Below the pieces are notes generated by a model that was not told where the DNA came from, ran no database searches, and saw only the letters and a list, made by a program, of their open reading frames with translations. A stretch of DNA of 64,000 bases from contig NC_043013.1 of assembly GCF_006345805.1 (NCBI RefSeq), forward strand, positions 9,796,001-9,860,000, in the 5' to 3' direction. The stretch's first letter is position 1; the number at the start of each line of letters is the position of its first letter. Shown in pieces: positions 1-12,546 of the stretch. This DNA comes from Octopus sinensis. Lineage: Eukaryota. The position numbers and the translations under genes are program-made.

Positions 1-109
1 ATGGGTAGTCATGATGGGTATACTGGTCTTTGTATATTTTACCCCAGTGTCACTTTGATGGCATGCACTGCTCTCTCACTCAAAAAAAAAAAATAATAAT
101 AATGGTTTC

Positions 110-266
110 AAATGTTACCACAAGGGCAGGAATTTTATAGGGAGGGGATGAATCGATTACATCGACCCAGTGTCTCACTAGTACTTAATTTACCGACCCT
201 GAAGGATGAAAGGCAAAGTCGACCTCGGCGGAATTTGAACTCAGAATGTAAAGAGACAAAATGCCT
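110..266 (-). mobile_element. SINE-B 3' portion (lacks A-box head), joined head-to-tail to the next copy
   Basis: Reverse complement has the B box GAGTTCAAATTCCGCCGAGGTCGAC and the central block GCCTTTCATCCTTCAGGGTCGGTAAATTAAGTAC, matching the intact copy at 18963-19188. Confidence 0.8.
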
Positions 267-498
267 TCTTTCTTTATTACTCACAAGAGGCTAAACATAG
301 AGGAGACAAACAAGGACAGACAAACGGATTAAGTCGATGACATCGACCCCAGTGCGTAAATGGTACTTAATTTATCGACCCCGAAATGATGAAAGTCAAA
401 GTCGACCTCGGCGGAAGATGAACTCAGAACGTAGCGGCAGACGAAATACCACTAAGTATTTCGTCCGGCGTGCTAACGATTCTGCCAACTTACCGCCT
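267..498 (-). mobile_element. SINE-B, near full length (tRNA-related head, tail ...TAAAGAAAG)
   Basis: Colinear with 18963-19188 over about 230 bp: TGGCAGAATCGTTAG A-box-like motif, B box, central domain, tail. Confidence 0.88.
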
Positions 499-1450
499 CA
501 TTATAATAAGTCAGGTTACCAATCATTTAGACAAGGTCCATGCACACTTGAGAGAAGTCGTTCTAGTTGATTAGATTTAGTGTAGAAAATTTAATAAACC
601 CTAAGCTACACTTCGTTTCAACAATGATAACAAGATATCAACCATACAGTATTTCGATTTAATGAGGTTTTGGGGAGTAAATGGAAACAAGATCTATCGG
701 TTAGGCATTTCGAAAGTTATCAGCTTGCCATTAAATACAAAAAGGCCTATAGGTTTATTTACATCATCACCATGGCAACTCTACTCCGATCTTTTGTGTA
801 GCTAAACAAAGCCTCCTTCTTTTTCGGAGGGACTATATATGTGTGTGTATATGTGTGTGTATGTGCGTATGTGTTTGTGTGTGTGTATTAGTGAGTGTTT
901 GTATATATGTGTGTATATGTGGGTATGTGTGTCTGTGGAAGTACGAGTTTTTTTGTCTGTATATTTGTGTACGCGCATGCGCGTTCGTCTGCTTCTCTGT
1001 ACTTTACTGTTGGTATCACACCTTGTTTCTGTGAATATGAATTAGCTGAAAGAGTGCAAACAGGGCAGAAGGCTGACTGGCTGGCTGGCTGACTAGTTGA
1101 CTGATGCCAGAAATGTAGTGGATGTAAGCAAGAAGTCAGCCGCAACTAAGGTGTGCTTGACATCTCTGATCCCGCCCAGAATTTAACAATGTACCCAGCC
1201 ATTGTTCATTAATAATGAGAATGCATCTGCACACACTTCATTATTTATTAGTTTCTATAAATAACACATTGTTCAGGCTTACAAAAAGCAATTCAAGCTT
1301 CGTCGAGATCTATTCTGATTATATTTACGTATGATGAAAGGCATTCCGGCCGCGACCACCACATGATTTTTTTTCAATGTCCACTGTAAAGAAACTATAT
1401 TATCTAAGGCCTCTTTATTCTTTCATTTAAAAGTTTACTATTATATGAAG

Positions 1451-1533
1451 ATTTGACTGCTGTTTTTAGCATGCTATGCAACTGCATATTTGAAAATTTG
1501 ACTGCTGTTTTTAGTATGCTATACAACTGCATA
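1451..1533. repeat. 45-bp-period tandem duplication (2 copies)
   Basis: ATTTGACTGCTGTTTTTAG(C/T)ATGCTAT(G/A)CAACTGCATA occurs at 1451 and 1496. Confidence 0.9.
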
Positions 1534-1837
1534 CAGGTAGTTTTGTTCAAAAGGTTCTATTGTTTTCTTTTAGAAAAGAATATCAAGAATACAAATAAAA
1601 TAAACGGAAAGATAAGGAGGAACTTAGTGGTAATATTTATGGAATAATCATGGAAATGGTTGACCATTTGGAATTGGTTGTGTAACATTTATGGTTTTGT
1701 GGTTAAGAAGCTTTCTTTGCAACTGCATTGTCCGGTCCTGCTGCAGTGCTCCTCAGGCAAGTGTCTTCTACTATAGTCCTGGAGCGGTCAATGATCTTTG
1801 TGAATTTGATAGACCGAAATCGTGTGGAAGCTTTCAG

Positions 1838-2290
1838 TGCGCACTGAAGCGCTTTTGAAGGAAGCGGTGGGCCGGTTGGCCTCCGTGCAAGGCCAGTCCG
1901 ACCAGAGACAGTTGTTGCAAGGAATTACAAGCCGAGCTGAAGAAGCACGAGACCGGAATGTCATTGTCGAGTCTGATGTCTCGGAGATTTTTGGCTAACC
2001 AGTCGGTTAAACACCGGCCAGTTTGACCAATATACAGGGAGTGACAATAAAAACAGAGGATGCAGCAAATCAAATCTCTAGATGTGCATGTGAATGAAAC
2101 AGTGATTTAATTGGGGTGGTGGTAGGTTCCGGTGAGGATAATGGTGTTTAAGATGTACGGGCAAGTGCGACAGCGTGGGCTAGAGTAAGAGAAGGAACTT
2201 GGCTGAGTATCAAATGTGAGCATGAAGCAACGGACCAGAAAGCAACTTAGGAAATAGGCCTGTTTTACTCTACGGTTCATATTTTGCATA
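1838..2290 (-). mobile_element. Penelope-like element remnant, GIY-YIG endonuclease region, frameshifted
   Basis: Minus frames give PRCRTCPYI, then ITVSFTCTSRDLICCILCFYCHSLYIGQTGRCL...IRLDNDIPVS. This matches the PLE pattern C..C.TC...F.C.S..VIYCI.C..C...YIG.TGR. Confidence 0.8.
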
Positions 2291-2984
2291 GGTTACGTAC
2301 ATAGTGCCGTAACGTTAAACAATAACACAAATGTTCTTCGATCCTCTTATTCGTAATTAATTTTAAAAAATTCTATAAACACTTCACCCATCTCATCTAG
2401 AATAACTATGCTATCTTGACGTCGTATAAATAGACACATATATTATATAGGTGATGAAGTGGTAGGAGGTTGGTGGTATTGTTTAACCCAAAGTCAACTT
2501 TAATCGATTAGATTATTTTCGCAAATACACTCCACTTCCGACCATCCCATCTTTATTGATAGATAGTGTAGTGTTAGGCTCCGTCATTATTTAGTCTCAC
2601 ACCTCTCTCTCTCCCTCTCTCTTTTTCGCTCTGTATGTGTGTGTTAGTAGAGAAAGAGAGAGAGAGAGAGAGAGAAGGAGAGAGAGAGAGAGAAGGAGAG
2701 AGAGAGAGAAAGAGATGGCAGATTATGATTCGCAGACGATCATGCAGCTATTGTTTCTAGCAGATCGAATAATTCCTTTCCTGATTCGCATTGTCTGAGA
2801 ATTTACGAGAAATTCGGACATAACAATTACAAAGAAAACATAAGGACGATAGGAAAAAAACAATCAAACAGATAAAAAAAAAAGAAAAAAGAACAAAACC
2901 GCTTAAAGGATCTCGGAACAGACAATTTTTGTTTCAATCACAGCAAACACATACCCAATACACGAGCAAACTTTAAAGATAACA

Positions 2985-3067
2985 TGCACACACACACACA
3001 CACACACACAAACATACAAATACACCGATACATACATACATATATATATATGCACACACGCACAAAC

Positions 3068-3103
<36 letters not shown>

Positions 3104-3133
3104 ATATAATATATATATATATATATATATAAT

Positions 3134-3183
<50 letters not shown>

Positions 3184-3220
3184 TATATATATATATATTA
3201 TATATATATATATATATTAT
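2985..3220. repeat. (CA)n/(TA)n compound microsatellite
   Basis: Seen directly. Confidence 0.95.
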
Positions 3221-3365
3221 GTGAAATAGAAAGATGAATAATCTTGTAGTAGATTAATCAACAGTTTAACCGATACCTTAGTAGCAAAAATCACAGCAGT
3301 AAACAGCACGGTTGGAGGTACACCATCTGGCGTTGCAACCGTGCGTTGGTGCGGATAATTGAAAT

Positions 3366-3580
3366 TAAAACATTATTGGTGAATTGAAGAAATGGAGCTG
3401 AACGCATATTGAACAGGAATCGTTTTATTTCATTCTACACGTGTTTCGAAAGGCACAAATTACCAAAATCCGATTACTCAATCGGATTTTGGTAATTTGT
3501 GCCTTTCGAAACACGTGTAGAATGAAATAAAACGATTCCTGTTCAATCTGCGTTCAGCTCCATTTCTTCAATTCACCAAT

Positions 3581-3589
<9 letters not shown>
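3366..3589. repeat. Near-perfect palindrome, 110-bp arms, 4-nt loop (ACTC at 3476-3479)
   Basis: 3366-3475 is the reverse complement of 3480-3589 with one mismatch (GCATATT vs GCAGATT). Confidence 0.97.
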
Positions 3590-3620
<31 letters not shown>

Positions 3621-3663
3621 TATATATATATTATATATATATTATATATATATATAATATATA

Positions 3664-3704
<41 letters not shown>

Positions 3705-3844
3705 GATATATATAATAATATATATATATATATATACACATAAATACATACATATATATATACACACATAGATACATACTATATATATATATATTATATA
3801 TATATATATATAATACACATAAATACATACATACATATATATAC

Positions 3845-3913
<69 letters not shown>

Positions 3914-4050
3914 CTCACACAAACAAATACATACATATGTGGATACATATATATAAGCTCACACACACGGATGTATGTATGTGCGTATGTATGTGCGTAT
4001 GTATGTGCGTATGTATGTGCGTATGTATGTGTGCAAGTGTGTGTTTATGT
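3588..4050. repeat. (TA)n/(CA)n/(TATGTGCG)n compound microsatellite
   Basis: Seen directly; it accounts for the YI/VC-rich ORFs in the track. Confidence 0.95.
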
Positions 4051-4693
4051 GCGTCTACCGCAGTTTATGTTTCCAATAAGTCATTCACTGCCAACTGCCT
4101 CTATTTCCAGATCATAATATACTTCTTTTATTTCTGTAGTAACGTTATAAAATCTCTCAACTTGAATAGATAACGTTATTCTTTTATTCCCTTAATCAGT
4201 ACTTTATTCTTTTATTCTTGTTTACATTTATGCTATTATTCTTATTTTAGTAGTTTTATCTTCCATTAAGTTTTTCCTTACTTCCTTCTCTCTCTTTTTT
4301 TAGTTATTTATTTATTTATTTATTTATTTACTGCAACCCCCCTCCTTCCTTTACATTCATTCATCCTCAGTAGCTCTTTAGTTTTCACTTACCTCCCTTG
4401 TCTATCTTAACTCTCACCCTATCTCTACGATGTTTTGTCCCGTCTGTCTCTCTTGTTTGTAAATGATACAATCTAATTTAAAGATTAAAGGACGGATCGC
4501 AGAAATGATTGAGAAAAACAATTAAAACAATGTATTTTAATTATGTAACTTTATATTATTCCGAGTTCAAGTTCCGCACTCGTCAACGTTGCCTTTTGCC
4601 GTTCCGTGATCGATAAAAGAAGGTACCACTGTATTACTGAGATCGATTTAATTGACGATTACTACCATCATCACTAGCACACTCCTCGTCTCC

Positions 4694-5079
4694 GGAGGCG
4701 CAATGGCCCAGTGGTTAGGGCAGCGGACTCGCGGTCATAGGATCGCCGTTTCGATTCCCAGACCGGGCGTTGTGAGTGTTCATTGAGCGAAGACACCTAA
4801 AGCTCCACGAGGCTCCGGCAGGGGATTGTGGTGATCCCTGCTGTACTCATTCACCACAACTTTCTCTCACTCTTACTTCCTGTTTCTGTTGTACCTGTAT
4901 TTCAAAGGGCCGGCCTTGTCACTCTCTGTGTCACGCTGAATATCCCCGAGAACTACGTTAAGGGTACACGTGTCTGTGGAGTGCTCAGCCACTTACACGT
5001 TAATTTCACGAGCAGGCTGTTCCGTTGATTCGGATCAACCGGAACCCTCATCGTCGTAACCGACGGAGTGCTTCCATTC
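4694..5079 (+). mobile_element. SINE-A, full length, with 14-bp target-site duplication
   Basis: Head GGAGGCGCAATGGCCCAGTGGTTAGG (A box) and GTTTCGATTCC (B box). TSD CACTCCTCGTCTCC at 4680-4693 and 5080-5093. Near-identical to 20628 and 27272. Confidence 0.95.
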
Positions 5080-5428
5080 CACTCCTCGTCTCCAAACTCT
5101 TTGGCCAGATAAAATGTGTCTTGTGGTATTTAGTTACGCTCTTCTAGGTTCTGAGTTCAAACTCCACCAGGACTTGTCTTGACTTCTCATCCTTCCGTTT
5201 TGCATAGAATAATCGTCAAGTATCGGTTTTGAGTTAATCCTCTCGCAATTTCGCTAAATGTTTGGCACAAGCTTTATTGTTAAAAACAAGTTTATTTCGC
5301 AATTGTTGTCTTAATCATAATAACCATCATCATCATCACCGTCATCATCATTACCATAGTCATATTTCCATAATCTTCTCATGATGTATGACTAATTCCC
5401 TTTTTTAATGTTCTAACTTGTTTAGCAA

Positions 5429-5838
5429 GCGTAGGAGTGGCTGTTTGGTAAGTAGCTTGCTTACCAACCGCATGGTTCCGGGTTCAGTCCCACTGCGTGG
5501 CACCTTGGGCAAGTGTCTTCTACTATGGCCTCGGGCCGACCAAAGCCTTGTGAGTGGATTTGGTAGACGGAAAATGAAAGAAGCCCGTCGTATATATGTA
5601 TATATATATGTGTATGTGTGAGTATGTTTGTGTCTGTTTGTCCCCCCCCCAACATCACTTGACAACCGATGGTGGTGTGTTTACGTCCCCGTAAGTTAGT
5701 GGTTCGGCAAAAGAGACCGATAGAATAAGGACTAGGCATCCAAAGAATAATTTCTGGGGTCGATTTGCTCGACTAAAGGCGGTGCTCCAGCATGGCCGCA
5801 GTCAAATGACTTAAACAAGTAAAAGAGTAAAAGAGTAA
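5429..5838 (+). mobile_element. SINE-C, full length (tRNA head, internal TA/TG microsatellite, LINE-type 3' stem-loop, AAAAGAGT tail)
   Basis: Head GTGGCTGTTTGGTAAG...GGGTTCAGTCCC, then GGCACCTTGGGCAAGTGTCTT, ending GGCGGTGCTCCAGCATGGCCGCAGTCAAATGACT. Colinear with 25358, 42868 and 47633. Confidence 0.93.
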
Positions 5839-6893
5839 GCGCTTTGCACCGATCGAACGCTTCTCTGTTACATCCAACATAAACGAACACTCTGTATCAT
5901 ATACGACATATTTGGGGTGTTCTCATGTACTAATTTTCTGATTGTGCATTCCGAAACCCTGAGGTCCTTTGCAATGCATTTCATTGACTTACCGGGATTT
6001 TTATCGATTATTCCTTAAACATTGTGTACAAAGTTAAGAATTCTGATGTTATTGGGAACCTGCGTTTAGCTGCCTGTGTTGGATCCCCATCAAGATTTTC
6101 CAGCTCCTTTCAAACCTTGACAACGAAGGATCGTGTGAAGCTTCCATTTTCTTGTATACTGACTTCTCTCCACACTGTTGGCAAACTTTTTTGTACACAC
6201 ATACACATGTACACACACACACACACACACACACATACACACAGATGTGTATGTTTTCATACGTTTGTAAGAGCATATGTACATATGCATATGTATGTAT
6301 GTATAAATGCAAAGTGCAACCGATATGTGCAACGACTGATAAACAGCTGGCGTGTTTTATTTTTGTTGTTGTTCGCCCTTATATCAAGCACGATCCAAAA
6401 GACCTAAGATCAAAGTCGTTCCAGCCACGTTCAATGTTTATTTGGTTTTAACCATAGACTTCGATGATGAAAGAATCGATTATATGTTATAGTAAATAGC
6501 TTGCCGCCATAGTCAGTTCCCATATTTCCTATACTTAATTCAAATTCAGGCCAAAGTCGAAATGGTCAGTCATAATTCCAGTGAGTTGATAAAAAGTACC
6601 AGCGATATGTACGTGTATGTACTAGAATTATCATTTTGTGCTTTTATCCTGCACCACGTACTCTCACGACAATGTGAATGTGTGCCAACGCAAGGAATCA
6701 ATAAGTTTATCATCAAAGGAAATTTCGTTAGAATACAGCAGACTTGTATAATTGCCAATCATAAATGTTTTATTTTATTTAAATAATTAATAAGATAATT
6801 AAGTAATGCTTTGAAGGCAATCACTTTAATTAAAGAAGGCCATAAACGTGTAGAATACGCATTAGTGAGCGATACTTAATTAAACTAAATGTT

Positions 6894-7198
6894 TTTTTTT
6901 ATTTATGCGCCCTTTTCAAGCCTAGCCAGGCTCACGGGCCCGGTTTCCCGGTTTCTGTGGCGTATGTGTTCCCTCCAGCTAGACGGGACGCCAGTCCATC
7001 GCAGCGTTGAAAGAGAGAGAGAGAAAGTTGGGGCGAAAGAGTACATACAACAGGGGTCGCCACCACGCCCTGCCGGAGACTCGTGGAGCTTTAGGTGTTT
7101 TCGCCCAATAAACACACACAACGCTCGGGCTGGAATCGAAACCGCGATCCTCCGGCCGCGAGTCTGCTGCCCTAACGACTGGGCCATTGCGCCTCCAC
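6894..7198 (-). mobile_element. Chimeric SINE: A-type head and body with E-type tail, 13-bp TSD
   Basis: 5' half aligns to SINE-A (4694), 3' half to the SINE-E tail (48900-48980). Flanks are TAAACTA(A/C)ATGTT at 6881-6893 and 7199-7211. Confidence 0.88.
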
Positions 7199-7542
7199 TA
7201 AACTACATGTTGGGTTCATAAAATACCTTGTAACTGTATTTAGCTCTTGGATTGCTAAACCATAGCCTTCAAGATTTGACGAGATGCAGAAGTCACTAGT
7301 TGAGAAGAGACTACATTTTATATTAATGCCGTCACTTTTCGTAGCTTACAGGAAACATAACATTTTGTGCTATGTAGTGTGTTTCCTTTCCAAACGTTTG
7401 CTGGAATATGCGAGTCTTTGCTGAGATATGCGAGACCTGCACATTTGTGCTTGTATTTGAAGTCATTGCCAACCAGTAGTGTGGTGTTCAATTCTATTTT
7501 CACCACTTAGCTGATGGTTTTAATTTTACTGCTATTACTTAC

Positions 7543-7667
7543 CAGATTTTGTCCGAACGATATCATACGGTACCCGAAGGATGTTTGTATTGTTCTTAAG
7601 CCTCTCCTTCGTTCGTTTCTTCTGAAATTTGTATCTATGTTCGCTTCGGTTTTTAATTGAAGTCTTC
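7543..7667 (-). other. Candidate internal exon (125 nt) of an unidentified minus-strand transcript
   Basis: Acceptor T11-ACAG|G and donor CTG|GTAAGT, both consensus. Two of three frames are open. No homology recognised. Confidence 0.45.
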
Positions 7668-8648
7668 CTGTAAAAAAAAAAGGTGCTGGTTTATACCTAA
7701 GTTACAAAGTTTGATCGTTAGAATGTTGGTAACAAAAGCAATATCACATTTTAAACTTGAGAAAAGCTTTGTATATTTTTATTATTCCACTTACAGTTTC
7801 TAATTGTAATGTGCGAATCAGATGCTTAATTTTTTATTTCTGAAAACCCAATCTAGCTTTTCCAGATTATCAATTAAACACTTACTAACAAAACCAAATG
7901 AACCGCTTATTAGCATCAATGTGGATTTATAATTTGGATGTAGAAGCTGAAGATTTCAAAGCAATTGTCCTAGTCATCCTTTTTCTCTTTGTCTTTTGAA
8001 GAGATATTCACATCAATAGGGTGTCTCACGATATATACATTTGCATGCATTTTTGTATGTGTGTATAATAAATTTATGCATGTATGTATAATAAAATTAT
8101 AAGAAGGCAGACAGCAGCAGTTCAGTACTTGCTACACGTCCCAGTAGCAAGACATTTCATTTATTACACGAGTATTACCTCATAGGATAACATCTCTCGC
8201 ATCCTCAAGCATCAGACTACCAGAACAACAGAGATCAACATGTAGGTGTCGGAGTGTGTGAATATCGCAGCTTAACGTCATAAAAGGGATACGTTAGAAA
8301 ATGTTTTATAATGTATCAAAAAGAAATGATCATATAAGAAATGTTAGTTATTCCTTCGCGATATCGATCAGAGTTCACGTGAGTTTAAACAAGAGTAAAA
8401 CCAACAACAAAAAGTAACAAACAAATATAAATTTTTGTAACGCAAATATATCTGGTAGCTTTGATTAAAAAGTTAAGCAACAAACGATTAAACATGTGCC
8501 TTCCTAATTAGGCTTATGTGGATAGAGAAATAATTAGTTAAATATTTAATTTATAGATATTCGATAAGACCTTACAAAATTACTTTATATACATTAATTA
8601 CACATACATACATACATACATACATGCATACATACATACATACATACA

Positions 8649-8679
<31 letters not shown>

Positions 8680-8958
8680 GACATTCTTGTATAAAGCATC
8701 CAAGCCAGAATCCTTTTGGAAATAGTGAATGAAGGCAAAGATATTTTTTCATTCGTTCGTTATGTGTTTTTTCCTTTGTACTGGTTGCTTAAATGAATCT
8801 ATATGTATGTGTGTGGATGTATACATATGCATCATTTTATCACAGCCTCCATCTATATACACAAGGCCCCGTCGGTCGGTTGGAGCTAGAGTCGAACATT
8901 CCTGTTCATGGTGCCTGCCGTGCATTGGGAATGAACTCGAAAACAGGTGGTTGACGCT

Positions 8959-8991
<33 letters not shown>

Positions 8992-9161
8992 ACACACACA
9001 CACACGCACACACACGCAACTTCTCTATCGCTTATATATCTATAACCGTCCACCACTTTACTCTTAGGTCTCTAGCAATTTACCTCACAGACTCCTATCG
9101 CTCCTCTCTATCCTTCACGCTCTTAGTCGAAACTTAACCCTTCTCTCTCTCTCCCCACACT

Positions 9162-9219
<58 letters not shown>

Positions 9220-9857
9220 CTACACACACACATACATACATACATAATCAAACTCGCGCTCACACACAGATTTCGTATGAAGTTTGTCGCCACACATCTA
9301 TTTACTCAACGTAAATCACAACTAAATTGTATGTTTTAGGAGGTACGGGTGTGACGAACTGGCGTGTTTGCAGGCGGGCTTGCTAGCTCTATCTCTCTTA
9401 TATTAGTAGTATATTGCAGTTAAATAAAAAAAAAAAATAATAAATAAATAAATAAATAAATAAATCTCTCACTCACATACATTCACATACATGTACATCA
9501 TTTATTTATTTTTCATTTTATTTTTATTTCCCTATTTATCTATATCGTAGACATTATAAAAATAAAAATCTTGGCCGGTGGTCAGTCTTGGATTTTGTTG
9601 GATAGGCAAAAGGGTATCTGTCGGTCGATGCAGCCACCCTGAACTACAGATGTATTGATGGCCAATAAGATAAAGCTATTCACGATAATAAAAACAAAGC
9701 GGGTTGAATGTGAAGTGGTTTTATTTGAGTCTAGCCAGATTTATATATGAGTGTGTGAAGTAGGTTTTTTCCCTTTGTATATTGCTATTCAAACAGTACC
9801 GACTACATTTTAAGTTCTGAAGAAGAAAGATAAATAAAGAGGCTTGTAAAATAAACT

Positions 9858-9858
<1 letters not shown>

Positions 9859-9955
<97 letters not shown>

Positions 9956-9972
9956 GTCTATCTATCTATATG

Positions 9973-10033
<61 letters not shown>
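9859..10033. repeat. (TATC)n tetranucleotide array
   Basis: Seen directly. Confidence 0.97.
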
Positions 10034-10085
10034 GTGCTTGTGTATGTGACTGTAATCATGGATAATACAGAGATAGATATAAAGA

Positions 10086-10119
<34 letters not shown>

Positions 10120-10187
10120 GTATATATCTATCTTTCTAGCTATAAGCTTAACTATATAGCTCTTTTCTATTCTTTCAACGTACATGC

Positions 10188-10237
<50 letters not shown>

Positions 10238-10329
10238 ATTTATCTATCTATCTATCTATCGATGTATCTAGCTATCTCTCAGTCTATCTCTTCATACATG
10301 CATACATATACTCACACGCACACAATATA

Positions 10330-10516
10330 TGCCGTAGCTGTGTGATAAGACGCTTGCTTCCCAGCTACAATGTTCGGGGTTCAGTCCCACTGTATAGTAT
10401 CCTGAACAAATATAATTCTACTATGGCTACGGGTCGGCCAACGCCTTGTGAGTGAATTTCCTACACAGAAACATTATGCATATCTTTATGTATGTGTGTA
10501 TAGTGTGCGTGTGTGT

Positions 10517-10557
<41 letters not shown>

Positions 10558-10760
10558 TTTGTGTCTGTTTGTCCCCCACCTCCGCTTGATAACCGGTATT
10601 GATGTGTTTACGACCTCTTAACTTATCGGTTTGGCAAAAGACCCGGTAGAATAAGTACCAGGTCTAAAAAATGAATACTGGGGTCGATTCATTCGACTAA
10701 AAATATTCTCCAAAGAAGTGCTCCAGCATGGCAGCAATCTAATGGCCTGATTACGTAAGA
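10330..10760 (+). mobile_element. SINE-C, diverged copy with expanded (TG)n
   Basis: GCTGTGTGATAAG...GGGTTCAGTCCCAC head and GTGCTCCAGCATGGC tail. Confidence 0.8.
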
Positions 10761-11204
10761 AACATTATAATGTTTCTTTATATATATAGCGTCGTACCCC
10801 AGTTTTTTCCACTTAATACGCACACATACACACGCATACACTCACAAACACATAAACACACATACTCACACATACAGACACACATGTTTACATTTGACCA
10901 CACACACTGAAGCGCAGGTATGGATATGCGGGTAGCAATTACATTTGGCCATTGCATAGCCATGCCGTAGTACCAAGTTCGTACCCACTGCACAGCACCT
11001 TGGAGAAGTATCATGCATTTATTTACTATATTTGGGGTCAGCCAATGCCTTGTGTATGAAATTTCCAGACAGACCCTGTGTAGATTTGCTTATGTGTAAC
11101 ATTAATATGCCTGTAGATCACAAAACATTCATTTGTGCATGCATATGTGAATGGACATGTGTTTGTATTTCCCGTTGCTCTAGTCCACTCAGCTGGCCAA
11201 AACG

Positions 11205-11385
11205 AGTGGTATTATGTATTTCAAATGGACGGTCTTGTCCAATTCTGTGACACGCTGATTCTCCCTGAGAACTACGTTAAGGGTACTCGTGTCTGTGGTC
11301 TGTGGAGTGCTCAGTCACTTACAAGTTAATTTCTTGAGCAGACTGTTCCGTTGATCAACTTGAACCATTGTCTGACGGAATGTCA
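11205..11385 (+). mobile_element. SINE-A 3' fragment, diverged
   Basis: CCCTGAGAACTACGTTAAGGGTACTCGTGTCTGTGG...GTTCCGTTGATCAAC matches 4940-5050. Confidence 0.8.
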
Positions 11386-12449
11386 GTTATATGTGTCTCT
11401 ATGTGGTGCTGTTTCTCTTGGTCAACAAGCAAGTGTATTTGCAGTTGGGGAGTGAGGAAAAATAATACGGACAGAAGGGAGGAAGAATCCTTGTGTCTGC
11501 TTGTCCCTCACCTCCGCTTGACAACGGGCGTTGATGTGTTTACGACCCTTAACTTAGCGTTTTGGCAAAAGACCCGATAGAATAAGTACGTGGAGAGGAG
11601 AGAAAAATCGAGTAAAATCTGCAGGACATAGGACATGGTGTCTAACGGTCTTTCGTTTGCTTACTTAATGTTGTGATTTGCAAACCAGTGACAGCTTGCT
11701 TTCTGTTTCATATTTCCGGTGGTAATGAAATAAAGTACAAGACACGTACAGTCTGTATCGATTAAATAAAGTACCTGTCATGTACGCAAGATTGATTTAT
11801 ATTCATTTAATGGAGTGAAGATGTGAATGGAAATACAATAGAAGGCATATTAATTGCCTTGACAAACAATCTAGATGTTGTTTAAAGGAATTAAATTTAT
11901 TTCGAGAAGATGGTCATTTCTGTATAACCGAGTCTACAGAGTAGTCGTTACGTGGTCACATGATATGCTAAAAACCGTAACCATAAGTAGCAGACTCTGA
12001 AACTTTTACAAACTTACAACATAATGGATAATGTTGTTACTACGAGCATTATATCCTTTATCTTTCACTGGTTTCATTCATAGGACTCCAGCCACGCTGG
12101 GACATCTCCTTGAAAGGCTTCGTTGACCATTTCAATCCCAGTACTTATCTATTTTTTTTTTAATGTTTGGGACTTATTCTACCGGTTTCTTTTACTGAAG
12201 CATGAATTACAAGGAAGTCGTCAAACTATCACTGGTTATCAAGCGGTAGGGAGACTCAATCATACACCCCTACGTACATGCATATAAAAAGGCGTAAGGA
12301 CCCCTTCAATCATGAATGACCATAGCAAGTCTGGGCAAGGTTGGTTTATAAAAGACAAGCAGTCGCCCATGCATACCTGCGTTCCTTCTTCATACCACCG
12401 ATATCATCCAAGGGAGAGAAAGGCCGATACAGCATCATTGACGTCGCAT

Positions 12450-12545
12450 CTCATTTCTGCAACTGAGTGAACTGGAACAACGTGAAATAAAGTGTCTTGC
12501 TCAAGAACACAATACACAGCCCAGTCCAGGAATGCGCATTCACAA
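12450..12545 (-). mobile_element. SINE-E (CORE-like) fragment
   Basis: Reverse complement TTGTGTTCTTGAGCAAGACACTTTATTTCACGTTGTTCCAGTTCACTCAG matches 48838-48890. Confidence 0.75.
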
Positions 12546-12546
12546 C

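Noticed and set aside
4694-4770. tRNA-like sequences at the heads of SINE-A, C, D and E as genuine tRNA genes
   Set aside because: A and B boxes are present, but the acceptor stem does not close. Each continues into a repeated body and tail, several with TSDs.
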